Shown piece after piece: positions 22,425-31,655 of a DNA stretch of 64,000 nt (positions within the stretch are counted from its first letter, which is position 1; every line of letters begins with the position of its first letter). The translations under genes and the position numbers were made by a program. The notes under the pieces are model-generated. The model was not told the origin of the DNA. It did no database searches and saw only the letters and a program-made list of their open reading frames with translations. The stretch is from an uncultured delta proteobacterium (GTDB lineage: Bacteria > Myxococcota > Myxococcia > Myxococcales > Anaeromyxobacteraceae): the NCBI GenBank assembly GCA_963766715.1, contig CAVYBH010000017.1, positions 96,001-160,000 of the forward strand, given 5' to 3'.

Positions 22425-23174
22425 TTCAGCTGCTCGCCGCTCTTGCGGCAATCCTCGCCGAGCGGCGTCCCCTGGGCCAGCTCGGCGCACTTCTGGAACG
22501 AATCGCGGGCTCGCCCGACCTGGCCGGCCCGGAGCAACGCCTGGGCCAGCTGCTGGTGGGCGTCGGCGGCCTTGTCGCAGGTTCGCGCGTACTGCTCGAA
22601 GGAGCCGACCGCATCCTTCACCTGCCCGTCGGCGAGCTGGATCCGGCCGAGCTCGCGCCAGCCCTGGCAGTACTTGGGCTGGAAGTTGAGGCAGGCGCGG
22701 AGCTCCGCCACTCCCTCCTCCTTCTTTCCCATGCGCCAGAGCGCCTGGCCCTTGTTGCAGCGGGCCACCCAGGGCTCCCGGTACAGCATGATCGAGCTCG
22801 CGGCGTCGAACTCCTTCACCGCCTCCTCGAGCCGCCCGGTCTGCGCCAGGAGCTGACCCAGGTTGTTGTGCGCCTCGGCCAAGCGTCGGCTTGAGCAGGA
22901 TGGCCTGGCGGTACTCGGCCTCCGCCTCGTCGAGCTTGCCGAAGCCCTGCTCGAGGACGAAGCCGCGGCCCAGGTGGGCCTCGGCCAGGTTCGGGTCGTA
23001 CTTCAGCGCCTCGTCGTAGGACTTGAGGGCCTCCTGCGGACGCCCGGCTCGCACGGCCTCGGCGCCCAGGTCGTTGTGCACGACGGCCGAGTCCTTGTCG
23101 CGGGCGCTCGGCCCGTGGGCGCATGCCGCGGAGAGGGCGAGGAGGAAGGGAACCGCCAGCCGGAGGGTGCGCAT
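22421..23174 (-). CDS. tgl: TPR lipoprotein Tgl/PilF-PilW type (type IV pilus secretin pilotin); one frameshift near 22882
   Basis: LALSAA-C lipobox; tandem TPRs (AEAHNNLG, YREPWVARCNKG) with paired Cys; tgl-HTH-recO-glyQS order. Confidence 0.8.
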
Positions 23175-23176
23175 GG

Positions 23177-23641
23177 TCAGACGCTCGCCAGGAGGCGGGC
23201 GATTCGCTCCGAGGGACGGGTGTCGGAGGCTTCTCCCCCGCTGGACGGCCCGGGCGCGCGGGGCGGCTGGAAGGCCGGGACGCGCTTCAGGGTCTCCACC
23301 TGCTGGGGGTGGGCGAGGTTCCGGAAGTTGAGGTTGTCGAGCATGAAGCCCATGGACTCCAGGAAGTGGAGCCCCTCGATCTCGACCTCGCGGTACTCCT
23401 CCATGCCGACCTCCCGCCGGTCGCTGGCGTACACGACGTTCTCGTGGGACTTGGCGAGGAACAGCGAGACGTAGATCGAGAAGGTGCCGTTCGGGTTCCG
23501 CAGGCCGCAGAGGAAGCCCTGGACCGCCTGGGGCTCCTTGCCCGGGATGGAGACCTGGGGCTGGTTGATGCTCTCCACGAGCGCGACGACCTGCTCGCGA
23601 CTGGCGGGGATGAAGAGGATGCTCGGATCGGGCTCGAACAC
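23177..23641 (-). CDS. Conserved myxobacterial protein upstream of tgl
   Basis: GTG after an AGGAG SD; ASREQVVALVESINQPQVSIPGK...FLESMGFMLDNLNFR; stop 2 nt before the tgl start. Confidence 0.75.
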   Translation of the reverse strand: MFEPDPSILFIPASREQVVALVESINQPQVSIPGKEPQAVQGFLCGLRNPNGTFSIYVSLFLAKSHENVVYASDRREVGMEEYREVEIEGLHFLESMGFMLDNLNFRNLAHPQQVETLKRVPAFQPPRAPGPSSGGEASDTRPSERIARLLASV

Positions 23642-23742
23642 GCTGCTCCTCGTCGCGCCCGGAGGCGCGACCGTTTGGCGCCGTGCCTCCGGTAGGTAGC
23701 CTCCCCCGCGCGGGCGCGTCAAGTTCCCCGCGAGGCTCCCGG

Positions 23743-24375
23743 TCAGACTCCCGTGGCCTCCGCGCCCCAGATGACCTTGTGCAGCTGGAGGTTGAGGCGC
23801 GCCTTCAGCCCCGCCTCGAGCATCCACCGGGCCAGGTCCTTCGGGTCCACGCGTCCCAGGACGGGTCCGACGAGGACCGCGACGCGGTCCTCGAGCCCGT
23901 GGCTGCGGATCACGTCGAGCGACCAGCGAAAGTCGGCCTCGGAGGAGACGACGAACTTCACCTCGTCGACCGGGCGCAGGCGCGCCAGCCAGGAGAGGTC
24001 GGTGGCCGGCTCGCCCGACTCCGGCGTCTTCACGTCGGCGATGCGCACCACCCCGGCGGGGAGGCCGTCGAGCGGGAGCTGCCCGTGGGTCTCGACGGCC
24101 ACCTCGTAGCCCCGGTCGAGCAGGGCCTGCGCCAGCCCGGGAAGGTCGCGCTGGAGCATGGGCTCGCCCCCGGTGAGCAGGACGAAGCGGCAGGGGTGGC
24201 GGGCCACCTCCGCCAGGATCTCCGCCTGGCTCGCCTCGGCGCCGCCGGTGAAGGCGTAGGCGGTGTCGCAGTAGTTGCACCGCAGGTCACAGCCGGTGAA
24301 GCGCACGAAGACGCAGGGGCGCCCCGCGCGCGTGCCCTCCCCCTGGATGCTGAAGAAGATCTCGGTGACCCGCAT
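23743..24375 (-). CDS. queE: 7-carboxy-7-deazaguanine synthase (radical SAM)
   Basis: EIFFSIQGEG, FVRFTGCDLRCNYCDT, TGGEP, QLHKVIW. Confidence 0.88.
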   Translation of the reverse strand: MRVTEIFFSIQGEGTRAGRPCVFVRFTGCDLRCNYCDTAYAFTGGAEASQAEILAEVARHPCRFVLLTGGEPMLQRDLPGLAQALLDRGYEVAVETHGQLPLDGLPAGVVRIADVKTPESGEPATDLSWLARLRPVDEVKFVVSSEADFRWSLDVIRSHGLEDRVAVLVGPVLGRVDPKDLARWMLEAGLKARLNLQLHKVIWGAEATGV

Positions 24376-24397
24376 GGCTGCGACCGGTCCCGGGATC

Positions 24398-24730
24398 CTA
24401 CTCCTTCCGGGCCCGCGCCTGGGCGAGGGTCTCGATGCGATTGGCCACCTCGTCGATGCGGCGCCGCAGCGTCTCGATCTCGTCCCGCGTGGGGATCTTG
24501 AACTGGGCCGCTGCGCGCCGCACCCCGTCGTCGATGGCCCGCTCGACCTCGCGCCGCTGCTGGGTGAGCCGCTCGCCGAACTCCCGCGCGTGCAGCTTCA
24601 CGTCCTCGGGCGTGAGCCCCGCGGCGTCCGCCAGGCGCCCGAGCACCTTCTCGGCCTCGGCCTCCGCGGCGTTGATGCCCACGAGGGCCTGCGACCACGC
24701 TTCCCGGAACCTTGCCTGAAGGTCTGCCAT
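24398..24730 (-). CDS. Phasin-family (PhaI/PhaF-like) coiled-coil protein
   Basis: Amphipathic helical 110 aa ending IPTRDEIETLRRRIDEV, the PhaF/PhaI-type C-terminal motif. Confidence 0.65.
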   Translation of the reverse strand: MADLQARFREAWSQALVGINAAEAEAEKVLGRLADAAGLTPEDVKLHAREFGERLTQQRREVERAIDDGVRRAAAQFKIPTRDEIETLRRRIDEVANRIETLAQARARKE

Positions 24731-24747
24731 CGACGCTCCCTTCCTGT

Positions 24748-25188
24748 TTACGCCTGACCGACCACCGGCTTGCGCGCCGGCTTGCCGCTCTTGCGCTTGC
24801 GGCTCTCGTCGAGGCGCTTGAGGATCTTGTTGATCTCGCGGGAGAGCTCGGCGACCTCCTCGCGGGTGGCCACGCCCAGGAACTTCAGCGCGGCGACCTG
24901 GAGGTGCTCGAGCCTCTCGGCGGCGTCGACGCGGAACTCCTGCGCCCGGTCCTTCCACTCCTCGGCCCGCTCGCGACCCACCTCCCGGATCTGCTCCAGG
25001 CGCTCGCGAACCTCGGCCCAGTCCTTCCCCGACACCTTCTGCAGCCGGGTGGAGACCTCGTGGAGGAGCTTCTGCGCCTCGGCCTCGAGCGTCTCGAGGC
25101 GGGCCTGGGCGACCTCGACGGACTCGCGGAGGAATCCTTCCACCTTGGGGTTGCTCTTCGTCGAGCGGCTCTTCTGGGCTTCGGCCAT
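24748..25188 (-). CDS. Phasin-family coiled-coil protein with basic tail
   Basis: LGVATREEVAELSREINKI motif, then KRKSGKPARKP; GGAGG SD. Confidence 0.65.
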   Translation of the reverse strand: MAEAQKSRSTKSNPKVEGFLRESVEVAQARLETLEAEAQKLLHEVSTRLQKVSGKDWAEVRERLEQIREVGRERAEEWKDRAQEFRVDAAERLEHLQVAALKFLGVATREEVAELSREINKILKRLDESRKRKSGKPARKPVVGQA

Positions 25189-25243
25189 GATCGTTGCCTC
25201 CGTGGGGTTTGTGCCCCTCCGGGAGGGGCGATGTCACCCCACA

Positions 25244-25272
25244 TGGATAACGCAACGCGTCAATCAAGTCAA
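25244..25272 (-). promoter_or_regulatory. Candidate promoter of the phasin-like pair
   Basis: TTGACT-17 nt-TATCCA. Confidence 0.55.
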
Positions 25273-25279
25273 GCGACGG

Positions 25280-25295
25280 CTGATTCTGCTGTCAA
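25280..25295. promoter_or_regulatory. Operator-like imperfect palindrome matching the TetR upstream site
   Basis: Minus strand TTGACAGCAGAATCAG matches TTGACTCCAGAATCAA at 59446-59461 at 13 of 16 positions. Confidence 0.5.
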
Positions 25296-26360
25296 CGTCC
25301 CCGGGATTCGGTGCCCACGGCCTCCTCGACCGACGCGAAGCCGTCCTTCCGGAGAAGCTCGGGCAGCTCCGCGAGCACGCGGCGGGGGAGCGCCGGGCCG
25401 GCGTAGATGAGCCCGGTGTAGACCTGCACGAGCGACGCGCCGGCGCGGATCCGGGCGTAGGCGTCGGCTGCGTCCATGATCCCACCCACCCCGACGATCG
25501 GGATCCGGCCCGCGGCCCGGGCGTAGGCGCGCCGCAGCGACGCGAGCGCGAGCGGGGCGAGCGGGGCGCCGGACAGGCCGCCCGCCTCGGCGGCACGCGG
25601 GTGCGAGGCCACCGGACCCTGGCCGCTGGATGGTCGTGTTGGTGGCGATGATCCCGGACGCCCCGCAGCCGACGGCGACGTCGACGGCCTCGTCGAGCGC
25701 CTCGGGCGCGAGGTCGGGGGCGAGCTTCACGAGGAGCGGCTTGCCGAGCGGCCGGGCGCGGTCGACGCACGCGCCGAGCAGCCGCTCGAGCGGCCCGCGC
25801 TCCTGGAGGGCGCGGAGCCCCGGCGTGTTGGGCGAGGAGAGGTTCACCACCAGGTAATCGGCCCAGGGGTGGAGCGCCTCGATGGCGGCCAGGTAGTCGT
25901 CCGCGGCGCGCTCGTTGGGAGTGTCCTTGTTCTTCCCCACGTTGACCCCGACGATCCCCCGTCCGTCCCGGGCGAGCCGGGCCAGGCGCGCGCCGCAGGC
26001 CTCGACCCCCTGGTTGTTGAAGCCCATGCGGTTGACGAGGGCCTGGTGCTCGGGGAGCCGGAAGAGCCGGGGGCGCGGGTTGCCGCCCTGGGGCCGGGGG
26101 GTGATGGTCCCCACCTCGACGTGGGAGAAGCCGAGGGCGTGCAGGCCGGGGACGAGCACCTCCCCCTTGTCGAATCCCGCCGCCATGCCGAGCGGGCCGT
26201 CGAACTCGAGCCCCAGGCAGCGAACGCGCAGCGAGGGGTCGGGGCGGGGGCGAAGCGCAGCCCCGGCGCCGCCCAGGAGGCGCAGGGCCCCGGCCGCGAG
26301 CGCGTGGGCGCGCTCGGGGTCGAGCTGGAAGAGCAGCTTCTTCGCGGCGGTCCAGGCCAT
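25292..26360 (-). CDS. pyrD: Quinone-dependent dihydroorotate dehydrogenase; one frameshift near 25617
   Basis: MAAGFDK, GNPRPRLFRL, NRMGFNN, NLSSPNTPGLR, then EAGGLSGAPL, VGVGGI, ASLVQVYT. Confidence 0.93.
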
Positions 26361-26364
26361 GGGA

Positions 26365-28560
26365 TCAGGACCGCGGCTCGCCGAGCCGCTCCCGGAAGAA
26401 CCGGATCTCCAGCTCCCCGAGCCGCTCGGCGGTCGTCGGATCCGCCGGCAGATGGGTCACGTTGGCGAGCGGCACGAAGGTGGCGGGCCCGCCGGCGCGG
26501 AAGAGGGCGTCGGCGAGCTTGAGCGAGTGGAGCAGGTAGACGTTGTCGTCGGCCGTCCCGTGGATGAGCAGGAGCGGCGCGTGATCCTTGCCGGCCAGGC
26601 CGGTGAGCGAGCTCCGGTCGTAGGCCTCCGGCGCCTCGGCCGGCAGGCCCAGGTACCGCTCGGTGTAGTAGGTGTCGTAGTCGCGCCAGTCGACCACCGG
26701 GGCGCCGGCCACCGCGGCCCGGTACACGTCGGGACGGCGAAGCGCAGCCAGCGCCGCCATGTAGCCCCCGAACGACCACCCGGTGATGCCGACGCGATCG
26801 AGGTCCATCTCCGGCACCAGCGCGCCCAGGGCGGCGAGCGCGTCCACCTGGTCCTCGAGCGCCGGCCCGGCGAAGTCGCCCTTCACGGCGCGCTCGAAGT
26901 CGCGCCCCTGGCGGGCGGTCTCGCCCCGGTTGACGATCTTCACGATCAGGAAACCCTGGTCGGCCTTCCACTGGGCGACCGGGGAGCCGCCGCGCATGCC
27001 GAACGGACCGAAGCGCGTGGGCCCTCCGTAGACCTCGACGATCACCGGGTACTTGACGCCGGGGCGGAAGTCCCGCGGACGCACCAGCGCGGTCCACAGC
27101 CCCCGCTTCCCGACCTGCCGCAGCTCCGGCCGCGCGCGGAAGGGCGGCTCGAGGGCCACCGACGGGAGGACCGCGCGCTCGGTCCCGTCGCGGCCGTGCA
27201 CGGTCGTCCGGGGGCCCTGTCCGGCGCGGGTGGACGTCACGAGCAGCGCCTTGCCTCCGTCGGCGAGCCGGGCCGTCAGTCCCACCGGGCGCTCGCCGGG
27301 CAGGACGACCTCGACCGGGGCCGAGCCGGGACGCACCCGGAAGAGCCGGTCCTGCGTGGCGTCGCCGCGCGTTCCCAGGAACCAGACCTCCCCGTCGTCC
27401 GAGACGCCCACCAGCCCGACGTAGCCGAGCTCCCGGGGCGCGACGTCCGCCACCCGGGCGCCGTCGGGGCCGCGAAGCTCCAGCTCGGCGCCGCCGCTCC
27501 GCTCGGTGAACCAGAGGAAGCCGGAGCCGTCGGGCATCCAGCGGAGCGCCGCCGAGTTGAGGTTGAGCCAGGCCGGGTCCTTCTCGACCAGCAGGACCGC
27601 GGTCTTCCCGGTGGCCGGGTCGGCCCGCAGCACCGCCTCCTCGGTCTGGGACCGGTTCTGGACGACGAGCAGGAGCGGAGCCCCCTTGGACCAGCGCACC
27701 TGGGCCAGGTACGGGTAGCGGTCCCGGTCCCACTCCACGAAGGTGGGCGTTCCGCCCTCGGCGCCGACCACGCCGAGACGCACCCGCGTGTTCGCCCTCC
27801 CGGCGCGCGGATAGGCGAACTGGACCGGGGCGCGCTCCGGGCGCGCCGGGTCCTGGATCGAGAGCTTCTCCACACCGGAATCGTCCGCCTCCTCGAAGGC
27901 GAGGAGCCGCGAATCGGGGGACCACCAGTAGCCCTCGGGGCGGTCCATCTCCTCCTGGGCCACGAACTCGGCGAGCCCGTGCGTCTTCCACTCGGTGGCG
28001 CCCGACGTGAGCGTCCGCGAGGCCCCGCTGGCCAGGTCGAGGACGCGGAGCTCCCCTCCCGCCACGTAGGACACGAGCTTCCCGTCGGGAGAGAGGCGCG
28101 GGTCGAGCGAGCCCGCCGGGAGGGCCAGCCGGCGCTTCGCGCCCGACGCCCGATCCACGGCGTAGACCCGGCCCCCGACGGAGGCGAGGAGCGTCGCGCC
28201 GTCGTGCGACACCTCGAAGTGGGTGATGCCGCGCGCCGTGATCCGCTGCCGCTCCAGTCGGGCCTTCTCCGCGTCGGAGAGCTCGGCCGGCTCCGACGCG
28301 AGCAACGCCTCGGCGGTGAGGAGCTCCCGGGTGGTCCCGCTCGTCACCTCGGTCGCGTAGAGCGACTGCACGCCGGACCTCGGCCCCGACCGGAGGAAGA
28401 TCACCTCGGACCCGCCGGGCACGATCACGGCGCGGGCGGGGTGCCCGGCCCTGTAGGCGCGGGTCTCGGCCGACTCCCTGAGGAAGGAGGGGGGCCCGGA
28501 AGGCGGGGGCGCGGCGGGGGCCGCCAGCAGCGCGATCCCGAGCAGGAGGGCATTCGTCAT
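26365..28560 (-). CDS. Secreted S9B dipeptidyl-peptidase IV family protein
   Basis: Signal peptide; YWWSPDS propeller; catalytic GWSFGG, HGTADDNV, H in ANVTH. Confidence 0.9.
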   Translation of the reverse strand: MTNALLLGIALLAAPAAPPPSGPPSFLRESAETRAYRAGHPARAVIVPGGSEVIFLRSGPRSGVQSLYATEVTSGTTRELLTAEALLASEPAELSDAEKARLERQRITARGITHFEVSHDGATLLASVGGRVYAVDRASGAKRRLALPAGSLDPRLSPDGKLVSYVAGGELRVLDLASGASRTLTSGATEWKTHGLAEFVAQEEMDRPEGYWWSPDSRLLAFEEADDSGVEKLSIQDPARPERAPVQFAYPRAGRANTRVRLGVVGAEGGTPTFVEWDRDRYPYLAQVRWSKGAPLLLVVQNRSQTEEAVLRADPATGKTAVLLVEKDPAWLNLNSAALRWMPDGSGFLWFTERSGGAELELRGPDGARVADVAPRELGYVGLVGVSDDGEVWFLGTRGDATQDRLFRVRPGSAPVEVVLPGERPVGLTARLADGGKALLVTSTRAGQGPRTTVHGRDGTERAVLPSVALEPPFRARPELRQVGKRGLWTALVRPRDFRPGVKYPVIVEVYGGPTRFGPFGMRGGSPVAQWKADQGFLIVKIVNRGETARQGRDFERAVKGDFAGPALEDQVDALAALGALVPEMDLDRVGITGWSFGGYMAALAALRRPDVYRAAVAGAPVVDWRDYDTYYTERYLGLPAEAPEAYDRSSLTGLAGKDHAPLLLIHGTADDNVYLLHSLKLADALFRAGGPATFVPLANVTHLPADPTTAERLGELEIRFFRERLGEPRS

Positions 28561-28614
28561 TCCGGGGTCTCTATCACGGGGGCACGGCCCCGTTCCACAC
28601 GTGCGGTGAACGGA

Positions 28615-29082
28615 TCAGAGCGGCTTGTCCATCACCAGCGCGTCTTCCCCGTCCTCGGCGTAGTAGCGGGGCCGGACGCCCACCTGCCGGTAGCCGAGCG
28701 AGGCGTAGAGCGCGATGGCCGGCTGGTTGGTGCGCCGCACCTCGAGCATCGAGACCCGGGCCCCCTGCTCGCGCGCGACCCGCTCCACCTCGGCGAGGAT
28801 CCGCCGCGCCACCCCGCGGCGGCGGGCCTCGGGCGCGACCGCCACGTTGAGCACGTGCAGCTCGTCGTGGACCAGCCACACCACGGCGAATCCCAGGATG
28901 GGACCGGCGCCGGCGTCGGTGGCGAGCAGGACCGTGGAGAACTCGTGCAGGAGCTCGCGCCGGATCATCTCCTCCGACCAGGGATGGGAGAAGGCGTCCC
29001 GCTCGATCTCCATCACCCGCGGGAGATCGGCCTCCCGCATCCGCCGGAACCCGACGGGCGGCGGGGCGCCCTCCCCGCTCAC
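28615..29082 (-). CDS. rimI: Ribosomal-protein S18 alanine N-acetyltransferase
   Basis: IERDAFSHPWS, HVLNVAVAPEARRRG, LEVRRTNQPAIALY...RPRYYAEDGEDALVM. Confidence 0.88.
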   Translation of the reverse strand: MSGEGAPPPVGFRRMREADLPRVMEIERDAFSHPWSEEMIRRELLHEFSTVLLATDAGAGPILGFAVVWLVHDELHVLNVAVAPEARRRGVARRILAEVERVAREQGARVSMLEVRRTNQPAIALYASLGYRQVGVRPRYYAEDGEDALVMDKPL

Positions 29083-29811
29083 GGACGCGCGCCCAGGTCG
29101 ACGAGCACGCGAATGTCGGCGCGCGCGCGCAGGTCGGCGAGCAGCGCCTTCGTCTCGGCGTCGGCGCGCGAGGAGGAGAGCCGCGCGCCGAATCTCGTCG
29201 GCCACCTCGGCGAGCGGTCGGCCGCCGACCTCGGCCGGGTGCGCGGCGTACCAGGCCTCGACCTCGGCCGGCGTGGCGCGCAGGCGGCCCAGCCGCGACT
29301 CGAGGTATCGCCGGACCCGGAGGGTGCGGCGCAGGTTGGCGACCAGGTCCTCCTCGGTGACGTCGATCTCGAAGAGGAAGGCCTTGTAGTCCTTCGGCGA
29401 GCGGAACTCGGCCTTGAAGCGCGCCAGCTCCGCGAGCGCGGCCGCGCGGTCCACCTCGAAGACCTGGAGCCGGACCGCCTCGTCGAGCAGCAGGATCTGG
29501 TCGACGTACCAGTCGAGCGAGGCTCGCAGGACGGCCCCGTCGAGCGGGACGAACGCGGCCTCGATTCCTCCCCGGGCCACGATGGCGATCCGCCCCTCCT
29601 CCGTGACCTTGGTCAGGGTGACGACCCGTGCCTCCCCGCCCCGGGTCCGCACCACGGCCACCACCTCGTCCGCCACGCGACCTCCGGACGGGGCGTCCTT
29701 GCCTCCGGGGCCGGCATCGACGGGACGGGCCGGCCACGGGCCCAGGAGCCCCCCCGCGAGCGCCACGGAGAGGGCGAACCGCCGTCCGGCAGCCGCGAGG
29801 GGTCTCTTCAC
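29079..29811 (-). CDS. Exported protein with SurA N-terminal-like chaperone region; one frameshift near 29191
   Basis: Signal peptide, VADEVVAVV, VDQILLLDEA, C-terminal LLADLRARADIRVL; no PPIase domain seen. Confidence 0.6.
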
Positions 29812-29856
29812 GGGGCGAATTGTAGTCCCACACACCCGTCCGGGCGACAACCAACG

Positions 29857-29884
29857 TTGACGGTTGCCCCTGGCGCGTTAGCTT
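29857..29884 (+). promoter_or_regulatory. Promoter giving a probably leaderless cbpA-like mRNA
   Basis: TTGACG-16 nt-TAGCTT, 6 nt before the GTG start; no SD. Confidence 0.55.
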
Positions 29885-29890
29885 TTTCCC

Positions 29891-30856
29891 GTGCCCGAGC
29901 GAGACCTGTATGACGTCCTCGGCGTGAGCCGGGGCGCCTCCACCGACGACATCCGGAAGTCCTACCGGAAGCTGGCCAAGAAGTACCACCCCGACATGAA
30001 CCCCGGGGACAAGAAGGCGGAGGAGAAGTTCAAGGAGATCACCGCCGCGCACGAGGTCCTCGCCGACGAGAAGAAGCGCAAGCTCTACGACGAGTTCGGC
30101 CCGGACGCCCTGCGGACCGGCTTCGACGAGAAGGCCGCCGACCAGTACCGCCAGTGGCGGCAGCACGGCGGGCGCCCCGGCCAGGAGGTCCCCTTCGACC
30201 TCGGGGACTTCTCGACCGTCAACGTCGGGGGGATGGGCGACTACGACTTCGGGTCGATCTTCGGCGACCTGTTCGGCGGGGGCGGCGGACGGCGCGGGCG
30301 GCGGCGCGGCCCACCCGCGGCCATGCCCGGGAGCGACGCCGAGGCCGAGCTCCAGGTCGACCTCCGCGACGCCGTCCTGGGCGCCGAGCGCGACCTCCGC
30401 ATCGACGACAAGACGCTCCGGGTGAAGATCCCCGCCGGCGTCCACGACGGGTCGAGGATCCGCCTGGCCGGCCAGGGAGGCGAGGGATCGAACGGCGGGC
30501 ACGCGGGCGACCTCTACCTCGTCGTCCGGCTGCGCGAGCATCCGGCGGTCCGCCGGGACGGGCGCGACCTGTACCTCGATCTCCCCCTGACCGTGCCCGA
30601 GGCCGCCTCCGGGGCCGAGGTCGTCATCCCCACCTTCGAGGGGCAGGTCCAGCTGAAGATCCCCGCGGGGACCCAGTCCGGCCGCCAGCTCCGCCTCCGG
30701 GGCCGGGGGCTCCCGGACCTCAAGGGCGGCCCGCGCGGCGACTTCTACGCGGTGGCGAAGATCGTGCTTCCGGAGGAGAGCGACGCACTGCGTGAGGCGG
30801 TGAAGCCGCTCCAGGATCTCTACAAGTCCGACCCTCGCGCCGGCATCTCGTTGTAG
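29891..30856 (+). CDS. Class B J-domain chaperone (CbpA/DnaJ-like, no Zn finger)
   Basis: J domain with HPD, G/F region, DnaJ_C (VKIPAGV...IRLAGQG...GDLYL); no CxxCxGxG repeats. Confidence 0.9.
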   Translation: MPERDLYDVLGVSRGASTDDIRKSYRKLAKKYHPDMNPGDKKAEEKFKEITAAHEVLADEKKRKLYDEFGPDALRTGFDEKAADQYRQWRQHGGRPGQEVPFDLGDFSTVNVGGMGDYDFGSIFGDLFGGGGGRRGRRRGPPAAMPGSDAEAELQVDLRDAVLGAERDLRIDDKTLRVKIPAGVHDGSRIRLAGQGGEGSNGGHAGDLYLVVRLREHPAVRRDGRDLYLDLPLTVPEAASGAEVVIPTFEGQVQLKIPAGTQSGRQLRLRGRGLPDLKGGPRGDFYAVAKIVLPEESDALREAVKPLQDLYKSDPRAGISL

Positions 30857-30865
30857 AAGGGCGCC

Positions 30866-31633
30866 ATGGGAATCTTCGACCTCTTCGGCTCCCGCGAATC
30901 GCGCGAGCAGGCCAGCCTGAAGAAGCTGGGCCAGAAGATCACGCAGAAATGGGGCCCGGCGGAGAACCGCCAGAAGGCCATCGAGCAGCTGGGCGAGCTC
31001 GGCTCCCCGGCGGCCCTGAAGACGCTCTGCCTCCGCTTCACCATCCGCGCCGAGGTGGGCATCCAGGACGACGAGGAGAAGGAGCAGGCCCGCGCCATCC
31101 TCGTCGCGGCGGGACCGAAGGCGCTCGGCCCGGTGCGGGAATTCGTGGCCGAGCAGGAATCGGGCGTGGCCTGGGGGCTCCGCGTGATGGCCTCGCTGGC
31201 GCCTCCCGAGGAGGTCCTGGCCACCGTGCTCGCCCTCCTGAAGAAGCTGGGGAGCGAGTACACCCGCGACCCGGAGAAGAAGCTGGTGCTGCTCGCCTGG
31301 CTCCGCGAGCACCCCGACCTGGCCAACCGCATCCCGGCCGGCGGCCCCGCGCTCGACGAGGCCATCGTGCCGCTCCTCGAGGACTTCGTGGACGACGTGC
31401 GCATCGGCGCCGCCCGCGCCCTGACCATCTCGCCGCGCTCCGACCTGGCCCGGGAAGCCATCCTGGCGCTCCTGCTCCGGGACCGCGACAACGCGCGGGT
31501 CCGCGGGGAGGCCCTCCAGGCCTTGCACGAGCTCGGCGCCGACGTGAAGGGGCACCGGAACGACGTCGAGGCCCTCCTGGTGGAGCCCTGGTACCTCGAT
31601 CGCGAGGGGCGCGTGAAGCGCCGCGGGACCTAG
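30866..31633 (+). CDS. HEAT-repeat protein
   Basis: Helical repeats RQKAIEQLGEL, DDVRIGAARAL, NARVRGEALQAL. Confidence 0.7.
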   Translation: MGIFDLFGSRESREQASLKKLGQKITQKWGPAENRQKAIEQLGELGSPAALKTLCLRFTIRAEVGIQDDEEKEQARAILVAAGPKALGPVREFVAEQESGVAWGLRVMASLAPPEEVLATVLALLKKLGSEYTRDPEKKLVLLAWLREHPDLANRIPAGGPALDEAIVPLLEDFVDDVRIGAARALTISPRSDLAREAILALLLRDRDNARVRGEALQALHELGADVKGHRNDVEALLVEPWYLDREGRVKRRGT

Positions 31634-31655
31634 CCCCGCCACGACCGGACCGCGA

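Noticed and set aside
23743..24375. queE as part of a dpd DNA-modification island
   Set aside because: No dpdA/tgt-like or restriction genes nearby; housekeeping context fits tRNA queuosine synthesis.
25242..25250. TTATCCATG here (minus strand) and at 54186-54194 as DnaA boxes
   Set aside because: Only 7 of 9 match TTATCCACA, they are isolated, and each sits at the -10 position 17 nt after a -35.
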